The notes under the pieces were generated by a model. That model was not told the origin of the DNA. It made no database searches and saw nothing but the letters and a program-made list of their open reading frames with translations. From Desulfomonilia bacterium (GTDB lineage: Bacteria; Desulfobacterota; Desulfomonilia; UBA1062), in contig JBEKDT010000009.1 in assembly GCA_050014195.1 (NCBI GenBank), positions 32,001-96,000 on the forward strand: DNA of 64,000 nt, given 5' to 3'. This document shows, in pieces, positions 38,386-48,195 of the stretch. Positions within the stretch are counted from its first letter, which is position 1. The number at the start of each line of letters is the position of its first letter. A program made the position numbers and the translations under genes.

Positions 38386-39513
38386 TTAATCGATTACCTT
38401 TCTGATCAGGGCATCCCACTGTGCCATAATAGAACTTTGAGAGAAGGTTGTTTTTACCTGGATAGCCTGAGTCCCTAAACGTTTACGAAGGTCTTTGTCT
38501 TTCATCAAGCTGAGCATGGCGGCGCTCAGTGAGTTTACATCATCTTTGTGCACGAGGAGGCCGTTTTCATTGTTTCGGATAATCTCTGCCGGTCCGCTGG
38601 GGCAGTCCGTGGCAATGACTGCGAGGCTGGAGGCCATGGCTTCAAGAATTGCATTGGGAAAACCCTCGTAACGCGAGGGATGAACGAAAAAGCTGGCCTT
38701 GCGCAGCCAATCGGAGGGTTCGCTCACCACACCCGGCATTATGACGTCATCTCTAATGCCAAGACAGGTAGCAAGTTCCTCGAGGTTAGATCTTTCAGGG
38801 CCGTCACCCAGAATTACCAGTCTCCATTCAGCCTGACTTGTTTTAGCAGCGGCAAAGGCCTGAATCAGCAGATCATATCCCTTATGCTTATCAAGCCTGC
38901 CCATCGCGAGGATATAGGGTTGTCCATACTCTTTTTGTTCGCTCGAAAGTTGAACCTCAGGAAGCATCCGCACAAAGTTGGGGATCACCTTGATTTTTCT
39001 GGCCGGCATAATTGTTTTGGCCCACTCGGCAACCGATTCGGTTTGGACCACCAGGCCTGATGAGAATGGATAGGACAGAACCCTGGCAAAAGACCTGGAG
39101 CGGCTTATTGGATGCTGCCGGGGATCAGTACGTTCGCAGACTAGCAGCGGTATCTTTGTGCCTGCAAGGGCTATCACCATGATGATGTTGATCAGATCAA
39201 TAAAACTTATCACTGCATCAGGTTTGAATGTTTGTACGGTTTGGCGTATCCTGAACAGGAGTCGAATGCGGTTTAAAATATACTGCCACGGAGTCCTGGA
39301 TTGACGCCAGAAATCCAGTGCGACCCTTTGAACCTTCGGATCCAATTTGTAATGATCGTTTTCTTTTCCCCAAAACGTTAGCAGGGCAACCTCATGACCT
39401 TTGGCAGCCCACCAGTTTGCCATCTCAGATACAGCACGTTCTGCGCCACCTGCTGAAAGTGACAGTATGACCAATAAGATCCGGGGAGAGTGCTGTGAAC
39501 TCGGAGTATTCAT
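38386..39513 (-). CDS. Glycosyltransferase family 4 (paralogue B)
   Basis: LSAGGAER, CERTDP, EGFPNAILEAM. Confidence 0.9.
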   Translation of the reverse strand: MNTPSSQHSPRILLVILSLSAGGAERAVSEMANWWAAKGHEVALLTFWGKENDHYKLDPKVQRVALDFWRQSRTPWQYILNRIRLLFRIRQTVQTFKPDAVISFIDLINIIMVIALAGTKIPLLVCERTDPRQHPISRSRSFARVLSYPFSSGLVVQTESVAEWAKTIMPARKIKVIPNFVRMLPEVQLSSEQKEYGQPYILAMGRLDKHKGYDLLIQAFAAAKTSQAEWRLVILGDGPERSNLEELATCLGIRDDVIMPGVVSEPSDWLRKASFFVHPSRYEGFPNAILEAMASSLAVIATDCPSGPAEIIRNNENGLLVHKDDVNSLSAAMLSLMKDKDLRKRLGTQAIQVKTTFSQSSIMAQWDALIRKVID

Positions 39514-40604
39514 TCCTGAGAAATACAAACGCCCTCAATCAAATTATCCCATTGCGAAATGATTGTCGCCTGGGAAAAACGAGAATGGACTTCAAGGGCT
39601 CGTTGCCCTAGGTTCTTTCTTAATTCTTCATCTTCCATCAATCTGCTCATCGCAGTGCTCAGTGCCTCAACATCTTCTTTGGGAACTAGCAGGCCGTTCT
39701 CATTGTGTCTTATAATCTCGGCCGGCCCGCTGGGGCAGTCTGCAGCAATGACAGCACAGCCGCAGGCCATAGCCTCAAGAAGGGCATTGGGAAAACCCTC
39801 GAAGCGTGAAGGTAGAATGAAGAATCTTGCTTTATGCAGCCACTCAGCAGGCTCTCTAACAATTCCAGGCATATCAACAACATCATATATGCCCATATTG
39901 GAAGCGAGCTTCTCAAGATTTGATCTTTCAGGACCTTCGCCGAGAATAACTAGGCGCCAGCCTTTTTGTTTAGCGTCTACACAAGCGAATGCCCGGATTA
40001 ATAAATCGTGACCTTTTTGTTTCTCAAGCCGGCCGATAGTTAGGATAAACGGATTAAGGCGACCTTCTTCTCTAATCATTTCTTCAGATTCAGGCATTGT
40101 GCGTACGAAATTCGGAATCACTCTGACCTTGTTACGTGGCACAACCCGGTTGGCCCAGGCAGTTACTGAATTGGTTTGTACCACCAGGGCGTCGGAAAAG
40201 GGATAGAGCAGCCTTCTGGCCAACGACCAGGAGATCCCGATATGATGATATCTCGGGTCAACACGTTCCGAAACGATGCATGGAATCCCTGTGCCGACTA
40301 GGGCAAACAGCATACGTATATTTGTTATATCGATGAAACTGATCATTACATCGGGCTTATATTTGAGCACTGCTTTGCGGAGCATGGTCTGGCGTTTGAC
40401 ATACTGCGCCGGGATGTGTAGACGGGTACGTGGCAATCCCCAGTCAATTGTGATCCTTTCCACACCAGGATGCAACCGATAATGATCAAATATAATACTC
40501 TCGAGGGTCAGAACTGCAACTTCTCTATCATGAACCGCCCACCAGTTGGCCATCTCGGAGATTACCCGCTCCGCGCCTCCTGCAGATAGCGATGATACAG
40601 CCAA
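39510..40604 (-). CDS. Glycosyltransferase family 4 (paralogue A); start codon unclear
   Basis: LSAGGAER, SERVDP, EGFPNALLEAMACG; homology extends upstream of the TTG. Confidence 0.85.
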   Translation of the reverse strand: MAVSSLSAGGAERVISEMANWWAVHDREVAVLTLESIIFDHYRLHPGVERITIDWGLPRTRLHIPAQYVKRQTMLRKAVLKYKPDVMISFIDITNIRMLFALVGTGIPCIVSERVDPRYHHIGISWSLARRLLYPFSDALVVQTNSVTAWANRVVPRNKVRVIPNFVRTMPESEEMIREEGRLNPFILTIGRLEKQKGHDLLIRAFACVDAKQKGWRLVILGEGPERSNLEKLASNMGIYDVVDMPGIVREPAEWLHKARFFILPSRFEGFPNALLEAMACGCAVIAADCPSGPAEIIRHNENGLLVPKEDVEALSTAMSRLMEDEELRKNLGQRALEVHSRFSQATIISQWDNLIEGVCISQE

Positions 40605-40657
40605 TAATATGCGTCTTGAACGATTAGTTCTATTAGAGATTTTTGTATATTCCTTGC

Positions 40658-41485
40658 TTATGGTTTATCTCCCAGCCAGATGAGGTGTTGGCCGCTGGTA
40701 CCTAGGAGGCGTTGAAAATGGCGGCCTCCCAATGGTGCCCCAGGAAAATGCAATTTGTCTGATATAGTATCCCTAAGAATTTGCAAGTTATCTAATAGAT
40801 AACGAAAACTCCAATTCACTGGTTCCAGAGGTTTGCGTTTTTGGAAACGACTAAAATCTGTAGTGATGCACATAATTGTTCGGAACCCATGTTTAGAAAG
40901 CAAGGCTTGTAAACTCTCTGGCGTGAACGATGAAATATGTTGATAACGATGTAAAACACATCCGCAATCTGCACAATATACTTGATTGCGGGATAAGTTC
41001 TCTGAGTTGGGAACAGTAATAAATAGCCTACTCACCCCAGGCTTGATGAGACTATGTAGCTCTGAGAATAGGTTATCCATCTGAAAAGGAAGCAGATGCT
41101 CCAGGGTCTCAATACAAAGAACTAAATCAGCGGTTTTATCCTTAAGTGGAAAATGATCACCGCTATTGATGTATGCACCTTCCCAGAGTGCGTGCCCTTT
41201 GAATATATTGTTTAATCTGTCAACGGATTCAGGCGAAGAATCTATACCTATACATCTAGCACCTTCCTTGAGCAGTCGTTCAAGTAGGTAACCGGTACCA
41301 CAGCCATAATCAACTATTATACCCTTGAGTGGAACGAGATATTTGAGAAAATTTATAATGCCTTCACCCATATGTTTACTGAAGTAATCTTCATGCCATG
41401 GTTCCCAGTCTGTTGCAAAATCCCAGAAGCGGGTGATTTTTTCCGGAGTCCATTCAATAGGATGCCATTCTGCTTTTTTACTCAA
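40658..41485 (-). CDS. Class I SAM-dependent methyltransferase
   Basis: VDYGCGTG, CIETLEHL, ITVPN, CADCG. Confidence 0.85.
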   Translation of the reverse strand: MSKKAEWHPIEWTPEKITRFWDFATDWEPWHEDYFSKHMGEGIINFLKYLVPLKGIIVDYGCGTGYLLERLLKEGARCIGIDSSPESVDRLNNIFKGHALWEGAYINSGDHFPLKDKTADLVLCIETLEHLLPFQMDNLFSELHSLIKPGVSRLFITVPNSENLSRNQVYCADCGCVLHRYQHISSFTPESLQALLSKHGFRTIMCITTDFSRFQKRKPLEPVNWSFRYLLDNLQILRDTISDKLHFPGAPLGGRHFQRLLGTSGQHLIWLGDKP

Positions 41486-41600
41486 GACGACCTCACTTGT
41501 TCAAGTGGTTAAACTTATGAAGGGGCATTAGCAATCATTAAGTATACGCTTATTGAACTTCTAGCCTTTTAATCCACCATGATGAAATGAATCTGATAAT

Positions 41601-42869
41601 TCACTGACCAATCTTGTTTATTGGTTTCCAATCACATAAAATTTGAAGATCACCCCAACGACCACTTTGTAACACATTTGCCAACGACACATTTTCCTCA
41701 ATAACAAATGCAATTACATTGATAAGGGATTCATACGATTCCCCGCCAGGCGTGTAGAGTGCAACAGTCAGGCTGAATTCCTTTGGCATGAATATGGCTT
41801 CCGGAAATATAACGCGGGTTTGATAAACACCTTTTTGTTGTGGTAGATTTATTCCACAGTCAATAGGACTTGTTGAAAATATGGCAGAAAGTTCTCGATT
41901 ATGAACCACAAGGCCAAGTGATAGCTTGGGGCTTATGCCAGGAGTATAGAATTCAATTTCAACACCAAACTGGCTAGAAGAAGTGGGAGCAAGACATGGT
42001 GAACCATCTTTATTACATATTCTGATGTTCCGGATATGTGGTTTATCGGGGTATGGTGGAGTTCTATTCCATGAAAGTCCTGTTCTTTTATCAATTATCA
42101 TGTATTCATCAACTATCTTCTCTGTATTACCGTACCCATAAGTAGTTCCTTTATGAAGTAATAATACTTTTGAACATAGTCTGCTGATAGCAGCCATATT
42201 ATGACTGACGAATAATACTGTTCTTCCCCCCTCTGCGACGTCTCTCATTTTTCCTAAGCATTTTTGTTGAAAAGCAGCATCACCTACAGCAAGCACTTCA
42301 TCTATGATGATGATTTCCGGCTCCAGATGAGCAGCAACAGCAAAGGCCAGGCGAACATACATACCACTGGAGTAGCGTTTCACTGGTGTATCTATGTATT
42401 TCTCAACTTCTGAGAAGGCGACTATTTCATCGAACTTTTTTCTGATCTCCTCTTTGGTCATTCCGAGAATAGCACCATTAAGGAATATGTTTTCTCGGCC
42501 CGTGAGCTCAGGGTGGAAGCCGGTGCCTATTTCAAGTAGGCTGGCGATTCTCCCTTTGACCCGGCATTCGCCTGTTGTAGGGGCGGTGACTCGTGACAGA
42601 ATTTTAAGCAGCGTACTCTTGCCTGCGCCGTTACGACCGATGATGCCCAGCACTTCACCCTGTTTAACTTCAAAGGAAACATCCTTGAGCGCCCAAATGT
42701 AGTTGTCATTGGCCATTTTCTGCGCCTGATCCACGCGAAGTGTGGGGTCGGGCCTGCCCCTGAGCATGGCCCACCAGCGATTCAGATCATGGGAAAGGGT
42801 ACCCGTACCGATGACGCCCAGGTGGTAGAATTTCGATACGTTGTCGACTTGGATGACTATATCGCTCAT
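41601..42869 (-). CDS. wzt: Polysaccharide ABC exporter ATPase with C-terminal Wzt_C domain
   Basis: GRNGAGKST, GFHPELTGREN, YSSGMYVRLAF, DEVLAVGD, VSHN. Confidence 0.93.
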   Translation of the reverse strand: MSDIVIQVDNVSKFYHLGVIGTGTLSHDLNRWWAMLRGRPDPTLRVDQAQKMANDNYIWALKDVSFEVKQGEVLGIIGRNGAGKSTLLKILSRVTAPTTGECRVKGRIASLLEIGTGFHPELTGRENIFLNGAILGMTKEEIRKKFDEIVAFSEVEKYIDTPVKRYSSGMYVRLAFAVAAHLEPEIIIIDEVLAVGDAAFQQKCLGKMRDVAEGGRTVLFVSHNMAAISRLCSKVLLLHKGTTYGYGNTEKIVDEYMIIDKRTGLSWNRTPPYPDKPHIRNIRICNKDGSPCLAPTSSSQFGVEIEFYTPGISPKLSLGLVVHNRELSAIFSTSPIDCGINLPQQKGVYQTRVIFPEAIFMPKEFSLTVALYTPGGESYESLINVIAFVIEENVSLANVLQSGRWGDLQILCDWKPINKIGQ

Positions 42870-42872
42870 AGG

Positions 42873-43742
42873 TCAGACAGTATCCATAAAAGTCTTTTCA
42901 ACATGATTGAAGAGGAGAATGCCGAGGAAAAGAAACACAAGGGTAGCTCCGGTGCTGTAAAGAAGATACATGACACTGAATGTGCCGTTGCCAAGGAATG
43001 CATAGCGAAAGGTTTCAATCACCGGTGTCATGGGGTTGATGATTAGCAGCCAGCGGTATTTGCCAGGTACTGTTGATAAAGGATAAACAATCGGTGTTGC
43101 ATACATGAGGAGCTGGACACCGAATCCGACAAGGACTTGAAGATCACGATATCTGGTTGTCAGAGAAGATACTATGATGCCGGCGCCCAGTCCTATAGCC
43201 GCCATGACAATGAGGAGATAGGGGGTGAGGAGTATGAGAAGATTTGGATGAATCTGTGATCCCCTCGCCCCGAAATAGATCATGAAGGAAACAAAGAGCA
43301 GGAACTGGATTGCGAACTTCACTAGATTGGAAATGACCACGGACACTGGAACAGTGAGCCTTGGGAAATATACCTTACCAAAGATAGCGGCATTGGTAAC
43401 GAAGGTGCCCGATGTGCGGTTGAAGCAATCTGCAAAATAATTCCATGCAGTCAGCCCGCACATGTAAAAGAGGAATGGCGGTAGCCCATCGGTTGGAATA
43501 TCCGCAATCCTGTTGAAAATAACAGTAAATATTAAGGTGGTTAAGAGCGGGGTTATAAGATGCCACAGAGGTCCCAATATAGTTTGTTTATAGGTGGATA
43601 CAAAATCCCGCCAGACAAAGAGCATGGTCAAGTCTCTATAGCGCCAAAAATCGCCCAGGTGCAGGTCGAACCACCTGGTTTTCGGGCGGATGACCAAGTC
43701 CCAATCTTTGTTGGATTTAATGTCGGTATCTGAGTGCATCAT
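42873..43742 (-). CDS. wzm: Polysaccharide ABC exporter permease
   Basis: RDF...YKQTILGPLW, KVYFPR, RYRDL, YATPIVYP, NPMT. Confidence 0.93.
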   Translation of the reverse strand: MMHSDTDIKSNKDWDLVIRPKTRWFDLHLGDFWRYRDLTMLFVWRDFVSTYKQTILGPLWHLITPLLTTLIFTVIFNRIADIPTDGLPPFLFYMCGLTAWNYFADCFNRTSGTFVTNAAIFGKVYFPRLTVPVSVVISNLVKFAIQFLLFVSFMIYFGARGSQIHPNLLILLTPYLLIVMAAIGLGAGIIVSSLTTRYRDLQVLVGFGVQLLMYATPIVYPLSTVPGKYRWLLIINPMTPVIETFRYAFLGNGTFSVMYLLYSTGATLVFLFLGILLFNHVEKTFMDTV

Positions 43743-43948
43743 ACGTTGGACATAATGTCTTTACAAATCTCTTTATTGGCCATAGCAGACAGCGTTCAGT
43801 GGATTATGCCTGGTGTTATTCACAGAAGAAACCTTGTTCCACTGCTCCGCAAACCCGGGTGATACCCGGGGCACCGAATAATTATGAAGGCAATGTGAAA
43901 ACATTATGCAGTGTGTAATGCTTCTGTTGGATGAGATACATATCATCT

Positions 43949-45079
43949 TCATGTGTTATTTTCCATAACCAGCTGATTGTAACTGGTTATGAATTTTCTT
44001 CCTATGGAACCCCATGAGATGGAATCTTTCATTTTCCTGCTCTTTAAGTCTAGCGACCCCTTTGGGATTGAGCCGGATAGAGCCCGGATTATCTTTTCAG
44101 CAAGATCTTTAGGATCTTTTGGTGTAAATAAGAACCCGTCTTTTTCATTACTCACAAGGGATCTGTTTGCCTCGATATCTGTTACTACAGGAGCAAGCCC
44201 GGCAGCGATTGCCTCAAGGAGGGCAGGCGAGGTTCCATCGGCAATCGCTGTGGATACATAAACGGATGCCTTCTCCATCAAGGCAGGTATCTGATCCGAA
44301 GGAACATGACCGAGGAACGCAATGTGCTCAGAAACACCGATATCATGTGCCAGCGTTTTGAGGTATGTCTCCTGCGATCCCGTGCCAGCAATGACAAATC
44401 GGGCATCAGGTATTTCCTTCATAACGAGGGGAACACCTCGAATTAATGTCTCGACATCATAAACGGGTTCAAGACTTCGGGTATAGACAACGGTCTTTGA
44501 GCTTCGATCGGGCATAATGTTAAAAAACAGTTCATCAACACCCATGGGGATGATCTCTGAGTCCGTGAGTATCTTCCTGCTCCTCATGCTTGAGGAAACT
44601 ACTATTGTCTTGCCGGAGAGCTTAACTGCGAGATCAAAGAGTGCCCGCACAGGTTGTTTCTCGCTTATGCGAAGATCCAAGCCATGTACCGTATTAATGA
44701 CTGGTATATGTGTCAGTCGGCCTGCTATGGCAGCGATCAGGCCTGTGGGGACTATCCAATTGCCGTGGATCACATCGGGTTTATGTGTTGAAATGAGACG
44801 GAGTGCCTTAATCAGCCCGGACACCATATAGATGGCCATGGGGATCACGGGGATTGAATCCATCTGGTTCAGTTGTTTGTTGCTGCTTGGAAACCAGAAA
44901 CGATAGACCTTAATACCTCCGTCCTCCTCGAAATAGTCACTCTCCTTAAGAATTTTCGGGGTGAGAACCACAACTTCCAGTTCATTTTTTATAAGTTCAA
45001 GGCAGAGTTTTCTGATGAAATTCCCCCTCTGTGAACCCGGGAAATCGGGATAGGATGTTGTTACCAGAAGCACTTTCAT
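43949..45079 (-). CDS. Glycosyltransferase family 4
   Basis: MKVLLVTTSYP, HGNWIVP, HGLD, DGTSPALLEAIAAG. Confidence 0.88.
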   Translation of the reverse strand: MKVLLVTTSYPDFPGSQRGNFIRKLCLELIKNELEVVVLTPKILKESDYFEEDGGIKVYRFWFPSSNKQLNQMDSIPVIPMAIYMVSGLIKALRLISTHKPDVIHGNWIVPTGLIAAIAGRLTHIPVINTVHGLDLRISEKQPVRALFDLAVKLSGKTIVVSSSMRSRKILTDSEIIPMGVDELFFNIMPDRSSKTVVYTRSLEPVYDVETLIRGVPLVMKEIPDARFVIAGTGSQETYLKTLAHDIGVSEHIAFLGHVPSDQIPALMEKASVYVSTAIADGTSPALLEAIAAGLAPVVTDIEANRSLVSNEKDGFLFTPKDPKDLAEKIIRALSGSIPKGSLDLKSRKMKDSISWGSIGRKFITSYNQLVMENNT

Positions 45080-45503
45080 TGGAGATGTCCTATACCAATT
45101 TGGGGTGTATGCACAAGGGGGCAGCTTCAAGCAATGTGTCATTGCAAATCAGAATTCAGGGGATGGCAAGTTTCATGGGAAAAGGGGATTATTCATGAAG
45201 CTCCTCGCAGCAAGCTTAAGCGGTATGTTGGGAATATTTTCTATTCCTCTCTCTTGGTAATGCTGTATGACAAACATACTAAACATGTTGACAATAGCTT
45301 GCATGGGGTGAGATAATACCACAAGATATGTTGTGTTGTTTTCATAGGTAATACAGCGGCATGCATGGGATTGGTTTCCTAAGGATTTATCGGCCTTGTG
45401 CTTCTTTTGACAGTGATTCTCCATCACGAGATCAAGGCGCTGATTCGGAATTGGTTTTTATAAGGGCAGGTTCACTACGGTAAAGGCAGGTCTAAAGATT
45501 GGT

Positions 45504-46700
45504 ATGGAACCTTTATTGTCAGGCATCAAGATCCTCGATTTCACCTATCTCCTCCCAGGGCCTTTTGCCACCATGATCCTTTCCGACCTTGGGGCAGAAG
45601 TGCTCCGTGTGGAGTCGCACACAAGGATGGACATGGCCCGTCTCGCCCCGCCTTATGTGGATAAGGACGGTACGATCTCGTGTATGCACGCCTATCTCAA
45701 CCGGAACAAGAGGTCCATCGCGCTTGATCTCAAGTTTAAGGAGAGCATTGCACTCATCAAGCGTCTCATCGCAGAAAAGGGCTATGATATCGTAATCGAG
45801 CAGTTCCGGCCGGGTGCCATGGGGCGTCTCGGACTCTCTTATGAGATATTGTCCGGAATCAATCCCGGTTTGATTTACTGCTCCATTACCGGGTACGGTC
45901 AGACCGGACCGATGCGCGACAGGGCCGGACACGACATCAACTACCTCGCCCTGTCGGGCGTTATGAGCTATTCCGGGACAAAGGATGGCGGGCCCAGCCT
46001 CATGGGGATCCAGGTGGCGGATGTGGGCTCGGGATCAAATAATGCGGCGATAGGCCTATTGGCTGCCATTGTCCACCGGATGAAGACGGGCAAGGGCCAG
46101 TACATAGATGTATCCATGACCGACGGCGTGTTCCCGTATCATGTGGTAAGCGGTTTGGGAAGCCTTGTGGGTGCACCTGAACCGGGTTATGAGACCGAGA
46201 TCCTCAATGGTGGATCGCTCTATGGTTTTTACGAAACGTCAGACGGAAAGTATCTTTCCTTCGGTGGTCTCGAACCGCAGTTCCTCAGTGCATTCCTGAA
46301 TGCCTTGGGGCTCCCCGAGTATATACCCAGGCTCATGGAGCCTGACTTGACCGAAGAGCTGAGGCGGCGGGTATCTGATGTCATCCGTTCACAAGATCTC
46401 TCACACTGGGAAAGTGTGTTCAAGGACGTGGATGCCTGTGTTGAACCGGTGCTCACGGTCCTGGAGGCCGCATCGAGCGAGCATGCCAAGGCACGCGAGC
46501 TTGTTGTCGAGGTGCCCGGACCCGATGGAGTCCCCATCAGGCAGATCGCCTACCCCATAAGGTTTTCAAACTACAAACCCGAGTACCTGCGCGCAGGACC
46601 TGCCCTGGGGCAGGATACACGAGATGTCTTGAATGCACTCGGTCTGTCCGAGGCTGAAATAGCGGATTTAAAATCAAAGGGAATCATTAACGGTGCGTAG
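45504..46700 (+). CDS. Family III CoA-transferase / alpha-methylacyl-CoA racemase-like (CaiB/BaiF)
   Basis: LLPGPFAT.ILSDLGAEV, NRNKRSI, EQFRPG, AGHDINYLA, QVADVGSG. Confidence 0.88.
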   Translation: MEPLLSGIKILDFTYLLPGPFATMILSDLGAEVLRVESHTRMDMARLAPPYVDKDGTISCMHAYLNRNKRSIALDLKFKESIALIKRLIAEKGYDIVIEQFRPGAMGRLGLSYEILSGINPGLIYCSITGYGQTGPMRDRAGHDINYLALSGVMSYSGTKDGGPSLMGIQVADVGSGSNNAAIGLLAAIVHRMKTGKGQYIDVSMTDGVFPYHVVSGLGSLVGAPEPGYETEILNGGSLYGFYETSDGKYLSFGGLEPQFLSAFLNALGLPEYIPRLMEPDLTEELRRRVSDVIRSQDLSHWESVFKDVDACVEPVLTVLEAASSEHAKARELVVEVPGPDGVPIRQIAYPIRFSNYKPEYLRAGPALGQDTRDVLNALGLSEAEIADLKSKGIINGA

Positions 46701-46726
46701 AATACCGTGAAAGGGGGGAGTAAGGT

Positions 46727-48184
46727 ATGGTTGGTATCACAGCGTATGGAGGATACATACCTCGCTATCGCTTAAGCCGGATGCTTATCATTCAGAACAT
46801 GGCGTGGTATTTCCCGGTGATCATGGCCGTAGCGGGAGGGGAAAAGGCGATTGCCAACTGGGATGAGGATGCCCTCAGCATGGCCGTGGCTGCAGCCTAT
46901 GATTGTATGGCGGGTAAGGACCGGAAAAAGCTGGACGGCATCTACCTTGCATCAACGACCCTGCCGTTTGCCGACAGGCTCAACGCAGGCATTGTTGCTG
47001 CAGCGCTGAATGCACAGGAAAACGGGGTAGCGAATGCAGACTTCAGCTCATGCCTCAAGGCAGGAACTATTGCAGCCATGGCGGCCGTCAATGCGGTTCA
47101 GGCAGGTGACAAGAACAATATACTCGTGGTAGCCACCGACCAGCGTAGGACCAAGATGGCAACCATGCTGGAGATGTTCTATGGCGACGGTGCGGCTGCA
47201 CTGCTCTTCGGCAACAAGGACGTGATCGCGGAGTTCAAGGGCAGTTACTCCGTAAGCTGCGACTTTACCGACCACTATAAAGGCTATGGCAAGGAATTTG
47301 ATTATGGCTGGGAAGAACGCTGGGTCAGGGATGAGGGTTACGGCAAAATCATCCCTGAGGCCATCAAGGGGTTCTTCAAGAAAACGGGTATGTCCATGGC
47401 GGATATCGCCAAGGTTATATACCCATGCTACTTCACGGGAACGCATAAATCCATAGCCAAGGGTCTCGGCATAGATCCCTCGAAGCTCCAGGATAACCTC
47501 CATGGGATATGCGGAGATACGGGCACGGCACATTCGCTTATCATGTTCGCTGCTGCCCTGGAAGATGCCAAGCCCGGCGACAAACTTCTGCTCGCAAGCT
47601 TCGGTCAGGGCTGTGATGTGCTCTGTTTCGAGGCAACCGACAAAATCAAAAATTACAAGCCCGCCAAAGGCATCAAAGGACACCTTGCCGCCAAGGTCGA
47701 CTTTACCAATTACCTGAAATTCACCAAGTTCAGAGATCTCATAACCGCAGACCTCGGCATCAGGGGTGAGGCAAACCCCAACACCTCCCTGACAGCGCTG
47801 TGGCGGAAGAAGAAGATGATTTTGGGATTTACGGGACTCAAGTGCACCAAGTGCGGCACACCCCAGTTCCCGCCCATGCCTATGTGCGTGAACCCGGCCT
47901 GCCATACCGCGGGACAGTTCGTTGACTATGAATTTGCAAACAAACCGGGAAAGGTGGAGATGTTCACGGGTGACCTGCTCTCTCCTTCGGTTGATCCGCC
48001 TGCCGTCTATGGCATGGTCTCTTTCGAGGGTGGCGGTAGGGCCTTTGTGGATTTCACCGATTGTGACATGAACCAGGTCAAGGTGGGCATGCCTATAAAG
48101 ATGTCCTTCAGGCGTAGATCAAAGGACCAGATGAGGGGCTTTACCGGATATTTCTGGAAGGCCGTGCCCCAGGTGGCGGGTTAA
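46727..48184 (+). CDS. HMG-CoA synthase-like domain fused to DUF35 Zn-ribbon/OB-fold
   Basis: MVGITAYGGYIPRYRL, DEDALSMAVAAA, GDGAAA, GDTGTAH, SFGQG; C-terminal CTKCG..QFPP...C...C and Y.WKAVP. Confidence 0.85.
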   Translation: MVGITAYGGYIPRYRLSRMLIIQNMAWYFPVIMAVAGGEKAIANWDEDALSMAVAAAYDCMAGKDRKKLDGIYLASTTLPFADRLNAGIVAAALNAQENGVANADFSSCLKAGTIAAMAAVNAVQAGDKNNILVVATDQRRTKMATMLEMFYGDGAAALLFGNKDVIAEFKGSYSVSCDFTDHYKGYGKEFDYGWEERWVRDEGYGKIIPEAIKGFFKKTGMSMADIAKVIYPCYFTGTHKSIAKGLGIDPSKLQDNLHGICGDTGTAHSLIMFAAALEDAKPGDKLLLASFGQGCDVLCFEATDKIKNYKPAKGIKGHLAAKVDFTNYLKFTKFRDLITADLGIRGEANPNTSLTALWRKKKMILGFTGLKCTKCGTPQFPPMPMCVNPACHTAGQFVDYEFANKPGKVEMFTGDLLSPSVDPPAVYGMVSFEGGGRAFVDFTDCDMNQVKVGMPIKMSFRRRSKDQMRGFTGYFWKAVPQVAG

Positions 48185-48195
48185 GGAGGTGAGCC

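Noticed and set aside
43745-43945. Eroded fragment reading EQWNKVSS...LNAVCYG on the minus strand
   Set aside because: Too short and interrupted to support a call.
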